The position numbers and the translations under genes are program-made. A stretch of 63,994 nucleotides of DNA, filler included, from an uncultured bacterium (GTDB lineage: Bacteria; DAOPZR01): the NCBI GenBank assembly GCA_964637655.1. It is 3 parts of 3 records of this genome, joined end to end, with 100 filler letters (N's around TTAATTAATTAA, not from the genome) between each part and the next. Parts side by side here need not be neighbours in the genome. Positions count along the whole stretch, not along the records: positions 46,762 to 63,994 come from CAZWUZ010000040.1; 2 more parts are not named here. One strand, 5' to 3'. Below are positions 56,047-63,994 of this stretch, in pieces. Positions within the stretch are counted from its first letter, which is position 1. Each line of letters begins with the position of its first letter. The notes beneath the pieces are model-generated. The model was not told where the DNA came from, did not search any database, and saw only the letters and a program-made list of their open reading frames with translations.

Positions 56047-57176
56047 CCTTTCAACCCGTCGAACTTCTTCCTGACCTTCTGCAGCAGCGACTCATCCACC
56101 GCGGTCTCCGTCGCCGCCGCGTACTGCCGCAACGCCTCGCGCTGCGCCTCGTTCGGCTTCGCCGGCACGTCGATATCGAGTTTGACGTAGAGGTCGCCGC
56201 GCCCGTAGCCGCGCACGTCCTCGACCCCCTGATGCGCGAGCTTGACGACCGTGCCCGCCGCCGAGCCGGGCTCGACCCGCACCGTCTGCGTCCCTGCCAG
56301 CGTGGGTACCGTCACCTCGCCGCCGAGCACCATGACCGCGAAGTTGACCTTCACCACGATGAGCAGATCGTTCCCCTCACGCTTGAAGTCGGGATGCTCC
56401 GCCACCTGGAACACGACCTGCAGGTCGCCCGCGGCCCCCTGCGGATGCTCGTTGCCCGCCCCCTCGATGACCTTGTAGTTGCCGTTGTCGACCCCGGCGG
56501 GCACCGTGAGTTTGACCTTGTGTTTGCGCTCGCTCAACCCGTGACCGCTGCAGTCGGGGCAGGGATGCTCGATCTTTTCGCCCGAACCGTGGCAGGCGGG
56601 ACAGGCGGTCTGCATGCGGAAGAATCCGCCCCCCTGGATGACCTGCCCGTGCCCGTTGCAGGTGCGGCACTTGCTGCGCGAGGTCCCGGGTTTCGCCCCG
56701 TCGCCATGGCAGGTGCCGCAGACGACCTGTTGCCGGTAGGCGATGGTCTTGACCGCGCCGTGCACCGCCTCTTCGAAGGTCAGGTTGAGCTTGATGCGGA
56801 TATCACTGCCGCGCGCCCGCCGCCGCCCGCGGCCGCCGCCGCCGCCGAAAAAGGCGTCGAAGATGCCTCCCCCGTCGCCGCCGAAGATGGAGTTGAACAG
56901 GTCGAACGGGTCGTGGAAGCCGCCGCCATACCCGCCGCCGCCGCCCGGGGCGGAGAACGCGGCATGCCCGAACTGGTCGTACTGGCGCCGCTTGTTCTCG
57001 TCGGAGAGCACCTCGTACGCCTCGGAGACCTCCTTGAACGCCTCTTCCGCCTGCTTGTCGCCGGGATTCTTGTCCGGGTGATACTGCATGGCGAGTTTGC
57101 GGTAGGCCTTCTTGATCTCGTCGGCGCTGGCGCCCTTGCTGAGGCCCAGCACCTCGTAGTAATCGCGTTTGCTCAT
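56043..57176 (-). CDS. dnaJ: Chaperone DnaJ
   Basis: J-domain HPD, G/F region, four CxxCxGxG repeats. Confidence 0.97.
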   Translation of the reverse strand: MSKRDYYEVLGLSKGASADEIKKAYRKLAMQYHPDKNPGDKQAEEAFKEVSEAYEVLSDENKRRQYDQFGHAAFSAPGGGGGYGGGFHDPFDLFNSIFGGDGGGIFDAFFGGGGGRGRRRARGSDIRIKLNLTFEEAVHGAVKTIAYRQQVVCGTCHGDGAKPGTSRSKCRTCNGHGQVIQGGGFFRMQTACPACHGSGEKIEHPCPDCSGHGLSERKHKVKLTVPAGVDNGNYKVIEGAGNEHPQGAAGDLQVVFQVAEHPDFKREGNDLLIVVKVNFAVMVLGGEVTVPTLAGTQTVRVEPGSAAGTVVKLAHQGVEDVRGYGRGDLYVKLDIDVPAKPNEAQREALRQYAAATETAVDESLLQKVRKKFDGLKG

Positions 57177-58246
57177 CGTTGCGTGCCGCCTTCCTGCTGC
57201 GCTGTCGTCAATACATCACTCACCACCGTCGCCACATAGTCGAGGATGGCCAGCATCTTGGGGTACTCGATGCGGGTCGGGCCGACGATGCCGATGGCGC
57301 CCGCCGCCCGTTCGCCGATGGCATAGGGGACCGTCATCACGCTGCAGTCGCGCAGGTCGGCCATCGCGTTCTCCGCCCCGATGCGCACCGTTGGTTTCTC
57401 CTCCGCCAGCGCCGTGCGCAGCAGGTCCTGCAGCGCCGCGCGGTTTTCCAGCGTGCGCAGCAGGTCCTTGACGCTGCGCAGGTCGCGGAAATCGGGTTCG
57501 TCGAGCAGGTTGGATGCTCCCTCGACCACCACCGTCTCGTCGCTGCCGCGCTGCAGCCGCGCCGGGAGCGCCTGCGCCAGTTCCGCCACCAGCGCCCGCG
57601 CCGCCTCGGGGAGTGCCAGGTCGGCGCGGGCCGGGGCGAGCGCTGATGCCAGCGCGCTCAGGTGCTGCCCGCGCGCGTAGCGGTTCACCGCCTGCTGCGC
57701 CTGCTCGACCGTCGCTTCCGCCGCCGGGTGCTCCAGGTCGAGGTGGACGTTCTCCACTGCGCCGTTGGCGCAGACCACCACCGCGAGGAGTTTCGCCGGG
57801 GTGATGGCGACCAGTTCGAGGTGGCGCAGCGGCGACTCGTTGCGCCGCGGCAGGGTGATCAGCGACGGCTTGCGCGTCAGCACCGACAGCAGGTGCGTGG
57901 TCTGCCGCAGCACCTGGCTGATTTCCATCTCGCGCGACTGGTACTCGCGACGGATGCGCTCCTGCTCCTCCTGCGTGACCCGCTGCACCTGCATGAGCAC
58001 GTCGACGTAGTAGCGGTAGCCGCGGTCCGTCGGTACCCGTCCCGCCGAGGTGTGGGGTTGCGTGATGAGCCCCAGTTCCTCGAGATCCGCCATGATGTTG
58101 CGGATGCTCGCCGGTGAGAGGTGCAGGTCGGTGCTGCGCGAAAGCGTGCGCGACCCGACCGGCACCGCGCTGGCGATGTATTGCCGGATGATCGACTCGA
58201 GTATGGTCTTGTGCCGCTCTGACCCCAGCGGCGTCTCGCCTGTCAT
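57173..58246 (-). CDS. hrcA: Heat-inducible transcription repressor HrcA
   Basis: [44 protein letters not shown]. Confidence 0.95.
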   Translation of the reverse strand: MTGETPLGSERHKTILESIIRQYIASAVPVGSRTLSRSTDLHLSPASIRNIMADLEELGLITQPHTSAGRVPTDRGYRYYVDVLMQVQRVTQEEQERIRREYQSREMEISQVLRQTTHLLSVLTRKPSLITLPRRNESPLRHLELVAITPAKLLAVVVCANGAVENVHLDLEHPAAEATVEQAQQAVNRYARGQHLSALASALAPARADLALPEAARALVAELAQALPARLQRGSDETVVVEGASNLLDEPDFRDLRSVKDLLRTLENRAALQDLLRTALAEEKPTVRIGAENAMADLRDCSVMTVPYAIGERAAGAIGIVGPTRIEYPKMLAILDYVATVVSDVLTTAQQEGGTQR

Positions 58247-58276
58247 ACACCTTCCCCCACGCAGAACATCCAAATA

Positions 58277-58305
58277 ATTGTATTACGTTATGCCGCTGCT
58301 GTCAA
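58277..58305 (-). promoter_or_regulatory. sigma70 promoter of hrcA operon
   Basis: TTGACA-N17-TACAAT. Confidence 0.75.
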
Positions 58306-58338
58306 TACCGCCATCCGGAAAAATACCCAAACTACCAT

Positions 58339-58578
58339 GGTGCCAGGCACTCAACTAATGGAGTAACGGATGATTACTACCCCACTACCTGCATGATAGG
58401 AGGGGGGGGATTTACCCAAAATACTCCCGTAATTCCATTAGTTGAGTGCCTGGCACCGGAAAAGGTGACAGGCACCGCAGTATCGTGCCTGGCACCGGAA
58501 AAGGTGACAGGCACCGCAGTATCGTGCCTGGCACCGGAAATGGTGACAGGTACCGCTTCACTGTGCCTGGCACCGGAA
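58339..58578. repeat. REPIN-like inverted repeat plus 39-bp tandem array
   Basis: 24-bp IR 58339-58362 / 58434-58457; units GTGCCTGGCACCGGAAAAGGTGACAGGCACCGCAGTATC at 58446, 58485, 58524 (diverged), partial 58563. Confidence 0.85.
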
Positions 58579-58582
58579 GCGG

Positions 58583-59597
58583 CTATCTGGCCGGGGGAGT
58601 GGTGCTCTTTTCCTTGAGCATCTCGCCGATGGCGGCAACCGACGACAGCAGGCCCGCGGCCTCGTAGGGGATGAACATCTTGGTCGCCTGCCCGTTGGCC
58701 ATCTGCCCCATCGTCTCGAGGTACTTGATGGTGATGAGGTCGGTGGTCGGGCGCCCGTCGTGGATGGCCTTGTAGACCGTCTGAATGGCCTCTGCTTCAC
58801 CCGCGGCCACAGTGAGACGGCGGTACTTCTCGGCGTCGGCAACGGTGCGGGTCGCCTGCGCCTCGCCCTCGGCGCGGCGGACATTGGCTTCCTTGATCCC
58901 CTCGGCCTGCAGAATGGCGGCACCCTTCGACCCCTCGGCCTCGAGGATCATCGCGCGGCGGTCGCGCTCCGCCTTCATCTGGCGGTGCATCGCCTCGGTC
59001 ACGTCGCCGGGCGGCTCGATGCGCTGCAGTTCGACCCGGGTCGCCTTGGCGCCCCACTTGTCGGTCGCCTCGTCCAGCACGTCGCGCAGCCGGGCGTTNN
59101 NNNNNNNNACGCCCGACCTTGACTCCCCACTTGTCGGTGGCGGTGTCGAGGATGGTGCGCAATTTCGTGTTGATGACTTCGCGCGAGGTAAGCGACTCGT
59201 CAAGCGCCATGTCACCGATGACGTTGCGCAGGTTGGTCTGCGCCAGCTTGGTCGAGGCGAGGTAGAAATTGGCGACATTGTACGTGACCTTGACCGGGTC
59301 GGTCACCTCGTAGTAGACGACCGCGTCGACTTCGACGGCGACATTGTCCTTGGTGATGACCGCCTGCGGGGGCACGTCAACCACCTGCTCGCGCATGTCG
59401 ACCTTGATGATGCGCTCGAAGAACGGGATGACGATGACCAGCCCGCTGTCGACCGTGCGCTGGTACTTGCCCAGGCGCTCGATCAGCCCCTTCTGCCACG
59501 GGCGGACGATGGTGATGGAGTTCCACGCGACGATGAAGATAAAAACGGCGGCGACGATCAGTACGGGGATGGAGAGGGCAATCAGGGCTTCGGGCAT
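58583..59597 (-). CDS. SPFH/Band 7 (QmcA-like) protein, interrupted by N gap
   Basis: [35 protein letters not shown]; frame changes across 59099-59108. Confidence 0.85.
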
Positions 59598-59598
59598 G

Positions 59599-60042
59599 TC
59601 AGGCCTCCTTGAGGGGGGTGACGATGAGATGCGTGCCGTCGATGCGCAGCACGCTGACTTTCGTATCCGCGGGGATAACCGAGCCGTCGTCGCTGCGTGC
59701 GCGCCAGTCCTCGGACTGCACGCGCACGCTGCCGGTGCCGCGGTCGTTGTCAACGGACTCGGTGACGATGCCCGGCTGCCCGAGCATGCGGTCGGCCCCG
59801 ATGCCCGGGGGCTGCTTGCCGGTGAAACGCTCGGCAAAGCGGCGCGAGTAGGCCGCCAGCCCGGCGCTGAGCACGACAAAGGCGAGCCATTGCCAGAGCG
59901 GGCCGCCCCCCAGCAGGGCGATGATGCCGGCTACCGCGGCGGCCAGCCCGAACCAGAAGACAAAGAATCCGGCAGTGAATATCTCGATGGCGAGCAGGAA
60001 CGCCGCCGCCGTGAACCAGAGCCATCCGGCATTGAATTCCAT
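59599..60042 (-). CDS. NfeD family protein (YbbJ-like)
   Basis: N-terminal TM hairpin, C-terminal OB-fold G.VRV..EDWRA; paired with SPFH gene. Confidence 0.88.
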   Translation of the reverse strand: MEFNAGWLWFTAAAFLLAIEIFTAGFFVFWFGLAAAVAGIIALLGGGPLWQWLAFVVLSAGLAAYSRRFAERFTGKQPPGIGADRMLGQPGIVTESVDNDRGTGSVRVQSEDWRARSDDGSVIPADTKVSVLRIDGTHLIVTPLKEA

Positions 60043-60093
60043 GTCAGTCCCTCCCCAGGACACCCTGCAGTATACCTGCGATACGCGGCTACG

Positions 60094-60999
60094 TCAATCA
60101 GCCACGCGGCAGCGGTTGCGGCCTTCCTCCTTGGCGTGATAGAGCGCCCCGTCGGCGCGCGCCAGCAGCGTTTCATCCGTATCGCCCGCGCGCCAGGTGG
60201 CCACCCCGACCGACACCGTCACCGTGATGACCGCCGTCTCCGTCGTGCAGGGAGCGGCGGCGAGTGTCGCGCGCAACCGCTCGGCGGTCTGCAACGCCGC
60301 CGCCTGCCCGATTTCCGGCAGCAGCGCGACAAACTCCTCACCGCCGTAGCGGCAGAGGGTGTCGGTCCCGCGCAAGGTCGTGCGCATGGTCGCGGCCGCA
60401 TGGCGCAACACCTCGTCGCCCGCCTGATGCCCGTGCGTGTCGTTGACCTTCTTGAAATGGTAGAGGTCGATCATCAGCAGTGACAGGGGCGAATCGTGGC
60501 GCTGGGTCAGTCCGACCAGGCGCTGCAGTTCATCGAAGCAGTACCGCCGGTTATAGATGCCGGTCAGTTCGTCGATGACCGCCATGCGGCGGATCTTCTC
60601 GCGCAGTTCATGCCGTTCGCGCGCGTAGGACGCGGCCCGCAGCAGCAGGTCGGCGTTCACGTGACGCTTGATGAGAAAATCCTCCGCCCCCCGCTGCACC
60701 GCTTCGCGCCCGAGCCCGCGCAGTTCGTTGCCGGTGAGCACCACCAGCGGCAGTGCCGGGGCCGCGTCGAGCAGCGCGGCCACGGTGTCGAGTCCCGTGC
60801 TGTCGGGGAGCGTCAGGTCGGAGAGGATCAGGTCGAAGTCGCCCTGTGCCAGGCAGTCGAGGCCCGCAGCCAGCGTGCGCGCCTCGGTGAAGCGTACCGC
60901 TCCGGCGATCCCGTAGGCGCCGGGGTCACCCTCCGCCGCCACCTGCTCGCGCAGCAGTTCCGCCTCGGCACGATTGTCCTCGATGAGCAGGATATGCAT
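60094..60999 (-). CDS. Receiver-GGDEF diguanylate cyclase
   Basis: IEDN, DLTLPD receiver; DELTGIYNRR, NDTHGH..GD, RGTD I-site, YGGEEF. Confidence 0.92.
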   Translation of the reverse strand: MHILLIEDNRAEAELLREQVAAEGDPGAYGIAGAVRFTEARTLAAGLDCLAQGDFDLILSDLTLPDSTGLDTVAALLDAAPALPLVVLTGNELRGLGREAVQRGAEDFLIKRHVNADLLLRAASYARERHELREKIRRMAVIDELTGIYNRRYCFDELQRLVGLTQRHDSPLSLLMIDLYHFKKVNDTHGHQAGDEVLRHAAATMRTTLRGTDTLCRYGGEEFVALLPEIGQAAALQTAERLRATLAAAPCTTETAVITVTVSVGVATWRAGDTDETLLARADGALYHAKEEGRNRCRVAD

Positions 61000-61436
61000 C
61001 AGTCATCACCTCCCGGCAGATGTGCGCACTGCAGCCAGACCGCCTCGATGGCCTGCACCAGTTTGAGGATGGCGAGGTAGCCGACCGGCTTGGTCAGGTA
61101 GGCATTGCAGCCGAGCGCGTAGCAGGCGGCACGGTCGGACGGCGCGCGCGAGGTGGTGAGCACGAGCACGGTCAGCGTGCGCAGCGCCGCGTCAGCGCGG
61201 ATCTCCTCGAGCAGTTCGCGGCCGCTGAGCAGCGGCAGGTTGAGGTCGAGGATGAGCAGGGCGGGAAGCGTGCCGGCCGCCGCCGCCGCGCGCAGCGCTG
61301 CCAGCCCCTGCTCCCCGTCGCGCACGCAGCGCAACTGCACCGGGGTGGTGAGCTCGTCGAACGCCTCGCGCATCAGTTCCGCGTCCCCGGCATTATCCTC
61401 GATCAGCAGGATCGCGCTGCCCGTGTCACTCAGCAT
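60999..61436 (-). CDS. Single-domain response regulator (Rcp1-like)
   Basis: IEDNAGD, LDLNLP..GRELL, LTTS, NAYLTKP. Confidence 0.9.
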   Translation of the reverse strand: MLSDTGSAILLIEDNAGDAELMREAFDELTTPVQLRCVRDGEQGLAALRAAAAAGTLPALLILDLNLPLLSGRELLEEIRADAALRTLTVLVLTTSRAPSDRAACYALGCNAYLTKPVGYLAILKLVQAIEAVWLQCAHLPGGDD

Positions 61437-63994
61437 GCGGTTGCTCCTCTTCGCGGCGCAGGGTGAAGGCGAAGATTGTCCCGCCGCCCGGATTATCCTC
61501 GACGCGGATGCGCCCGCCGTACTTTTCCACCACGCGTTTGCAGATGGCCAGCCCGATCCCCGTCCCCTGGTATTCCTCCCCGGTGTGCAGGCGCTGGAAG
61601 ATCTGGAAGACGCGCTCGCGGTGTTTCGGCGGTATGCCGATGCCATTGTCCGCGACGCACAGCTCGTGCATGCCGTCGCGCAGCTGCGCGGTAACGCTGA
61701 TGACCGGCGCGCCCTCGCCGCGATACTTGAGTGCGTTTTCGATGAGGTTCTGCAGCAGGCGGACGAGCTCGTAGCGGCGCACGTACAGGCGCGGCAGGTC
61801 GCCCACGGTGACGGTCGCGCCGTTGCGGCGGATGGCGGCAGCGAGGTTCTGCAGCGCCTCCTGTGCCAGTTCGTTGCCGTCGCACCATTCCAGTTCCCGG
61901 TGCTCATGCCCGACCCGCGAGTACTCGAGCAGCCCGTGGATCATCGCCTGCATGCGCTGCACGCTTTCGACCGAGTGGTCGATGTAGCGGCGCGCCTTGT
62001 CATCGAGTTGTGGCGCGTAGCGGTGGGCGAGCAGTTCGACATAGCCGGCGATGACGGTGAGCGGTTCCTGCAGGTCATGCGAGGCGACATAGGCGAACTG
62101 TTCGAGCTCGCGGTTGGAGCGTTCCATCTCCGCCAGCGCCGCGGTGATGCGCTCTGCCGCCGCCTTCTTCTCCGTGATGTCGCGCACGATTCCCCAGGTG
62201 CCGACCGCCTCACCACGCTCGTCGCGCAGCAGCCAGAGGCGGACGCTGACCGGGACACAGTCCCCGTCGCGCCGCTGCAGTTCCAGTTCGAATTCCCGGG
62301 TCTGCCCGCGCGGCAGCAGTTCATCTCGACGCACCGCCGCCTCGGTTGCGCGCCAGCTCTCCGGCAGCAGGTCGTGCCAGGTCAGGCGCAGGGAGCGGAT
62401 GTCGTCCGCACTGCCGCCGATGGCCGCAATGAACGCGTCATTGGCGTCGAGCAGGACGCCGTGCATGTCGGTAAAGAAGATACCGTCGGCGCTCGAGGCG
62501 AACAACGAATGGTAGCGTTCCTCCGACTGGCGCACCGCCTGCGCGGCCGCCACCTGCTCGGTAATGTCGAGCATGGTCCCGCGCTTGCGCAGCGGGCGGC
62601 CCGTGGCGTCACGCGTCACCTCCCCGTGCTCGTGCACGACGCGCACGCTGCCGTCCGGGCGGACGATGCGGTGTTCGAGGTCATACGGCGTCCCCTGCTC
62701 GACCGCGGCGCGCGAGGCCTGTTCGACCCGGGCCCGGTCGTCGGGATGCACATGACTGAGGAACACGGTGAAATCCGGCTGCACGCTCCCCGGCACGTAG
62801 CCGAAGATGCGGTAGGTCTCGTCCGACCAGGTTTCCTCGCCGGTAACGATGTTCCATTCCCAGCTGCCGAGATGCGCGAGCCGCTGCGCGTTCGCCAGCC
62901 GTTCCGCCAGCGCCCGCAGTTCGCCTTCCGCCCGTCGTTGCGCCGTCATGTCGCGCGAGATGACCGCGATCCGCGTTACCCGCCCCGTCGCGTCGGTCAC
63001 GGGATAGTAGGCGTTGTCGAGCAGCATGCCGTCACGCTCATCCTCGAGCCGCACGGGGAGTCCCGTCTCCACCACCCCGTGCACCACCTGCAGGCGGCGC
63101 AGCGCCACGTCGGGCGGCATCAGGTCCTCGTGCCGCCGCCCGACCAGGTCGCTGAGCGGACGGCGGAAGCGTTCGCCCAGCGTCCGGTTGCCGGCAAGGA
63201 ATACGCCGTGCGTGTCGAGGAGGAACGCGGCATCGGTGCTGGCATCGATGATCGCCTGCGCCATCGCCTCGCTCTCCCAGCGCCGTGCCTCGGCCTCGCG
63301 CAGCGCGCTGATGTCGCGGATACTGAGGGCGATGGCCACCGGCCGGCCGGCCGCGTCACGGATGAAGGCGCTGGCGCTCTGCACGCTGCGCGTGGTCCCG
63401 TCGTGCCGGTCGAGCGCGAAGCTGTGCGGCGGGGTGAGGGCTCCGCCGGCGAGCACCGCGACCGCCGCGTGTACCGCCGCGCGGTCGGCGGCGGTGACGA
63501 GATCGTCGACAATGGCGGCCAGCGGCCGCCCGGCCAGGTCGGTCTCCGTGCGGCCGCTGAGGGCGCAGAAGGCGGGATTGACCGCGCTGACCATGCCGTC
63601 AAGGGTGACGATGATGAGCCCGTCCGCCAGCGCATTGATGACCGCCAGTGTCGCCGCGGTCTGCGCGCGCGCCTGCTCGAGACGCTGCAACATGGTGATA
63701 TCGCGCGCCACCAGCGACCAGTAGGTGCCCGCCCCGTCCTCGTCGTGGTGGGCGATGGCGACCAGCAGCACCGGCAGAGTGTGTCCCGCGGGTCCGAGCT
63801 GCAGTTCCCCGGTCCACGACCCGTCGCGCACCGCCGCCGGGAGCACCGCCTGCTGCATTTCGCCGGCCGCACCGCCGCACAGTGCCGCCAGCGGCCACGG
63901 CCCGCCGTCCGCCGCCGCGATGCCGAACTGCTGCCGCGCGGCGCGGTTGAGATAGAATACCCCGCGCTGCTCGTCGTGCATCAGCACGAGGTCG
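61426..63994 (-). CDS. Multi-PAS histidine kinase (5'-partial)
   Basis: Several PAS/PAC repeats; YVASHDLQEPL H-box, QNLIENALKY, DNGIGI, GTGIGLAIC. Confidence 0.93.
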   Translation of the reverse strand, partial: DLVLMHDEQRGVFYLNRAARQQFGIAAADGGPWPLAALCGGAAGEMQQAVLPAAVRDGSWTGELQLGPAGHTLPVLLVAIAHHDEDGAGTYWSLVARDITMLQRLEQARAQTAATLAVINALADGLIIVTLDGMVSAVNPAFCALSGRTETDLAGRPLAAIVDDLVTAADRAAVHAAVAVLAGGALTPPHSFALDRHDGTTRSVQSASAFIRDAAGRPVAIALSIRDISALREAEARRWESEAMAQAIIDASTDAAFLLDTHGVFLAGNRTLGERFRRPLSDLVGRRHEDLMPPDVALRRLQVVHGVVETGLPVRLEDERDGMLLDNAYYPVTDATGRVTRIAVISRDMTAQRRAEGELRALAERLANAQRLAHLGSWEWNIVTGEETWSDETYRIFGYVPGSVQPDFTVFLSHVHPDDRARVEQASRAAVEQGTPYDLEHRIVRPDGSVRVVHEHGEVTRDATGRPLRKRGTMLDITEQVAAAQAVRQSEERYHSLFASSADGIFFTDMHGVLLDANDAFIAAIGGSADDIRSLRLTWHDLLPESWRATEAAVRRDELLPRGQTREFELELQRRDGDCVPVSVRLWLLRDERGEAVGTWGIVRDITEKKAAAERITAALAEMERSNRELEQFAYVASHDLQEPLTVIAGYVELLAHRYAPQLDDKARRYIDHSVESVQRMQAMIHGLLEYSRVGHEHRELEWCDGNELAQEALQNLAAAIRRNGATVTVGDLPRLYVRRYELVRLLQNLIENALKYRGEGAPVISVTAQLRDGMHELCVADNGIGIPPKHRERVFQIFQRLHTGEEYQGTGIGLAICKRVVEKYGGRIRVEDNPGGGTIFAFTLRREEEQPHAE

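Noticed and set aside
58344-58369. CIRCE operator upstream of hrcA (GCACTC...GAGT)
   Set aside because: Spacer is 8 rather than 9 nt, the right arm is poor, and the sequence is explained as an arm of the inverted repeat
58446-58578. 39-bp repeats as a CRISPR array
   Set aside because: Units are contiguous with no unique spacers and no cas genes are nearby
58393-58667. Short repeat-encoded ORFs (CLAPEKVTGTAVS repeats)
   Set aside because: Translations of the 39-bp DNA repeat with no independent coding evidence

Overview
GC-rich bacterial DNA from a diderm, flagellated, type IV-piliated organism (taxon not assignable from sequence). It is probably a draft or metagenome assembly: two 100-nt N-blocks containing a TTAATTAATTAA linker (23309-23408, 46662-46761) split the window into three contigs whose adjacency is unproven, and a 10-N gap sits at 59099-59108. 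Contig 1 carries ftsEX-envC-ctpA-divergent polysaccharide deacetylase-tsaD, a DUF559 nuclease fused to Ppx/GppA, dusB, a Maf-like gene, fliS, two tandem porin paralogues, and a sugar-phosphate-utilisation-type bacterial microcompartment (BMC) operon (pduL, BMC-H, pduS, pduT, rpiB, 5'-nucleotidase, flavoprotein-DeoC fusion). Contig 2 carries an ABC binding protein, a nucleotidyltransferase pair, a HelY-like helicase, ppdK, an AT-rich two-gene islet, PilZ proteins, a radical SAM cluster, pilT/U and pilM. Contig 3 carries a RAYT transposase with palindromic ends, an exact 1275-bp tandem duplication, hrcA-dnaJ-Omp85/peptidase-yicC-rluA, REP-like arrays, nfeD/SPFH and a PAS kinase-receiver-GGDEF module. 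The best candidate for a new system is a RiPP locus at about 37.4-42.2 kb. Two radical SAM/SPASM genes precede a 60-aa precursor with a lasso-type leader (Y-17, P-14, L-12, T-2) whose core cannot form a canonical lasso ring, and no lasso cyclase is nearby. Other highlights are an unannotated sigma28-driven 58-aa gene with CsrA-like hairpins, a nucleotidase-containing BMC operon with two microproteins, and a DUF559 cassette bracketed by palindromic repeats. No rRNA, tRNA or CRISPR array was recognised. All family assignments come from motif recognition by eye, not database searches.
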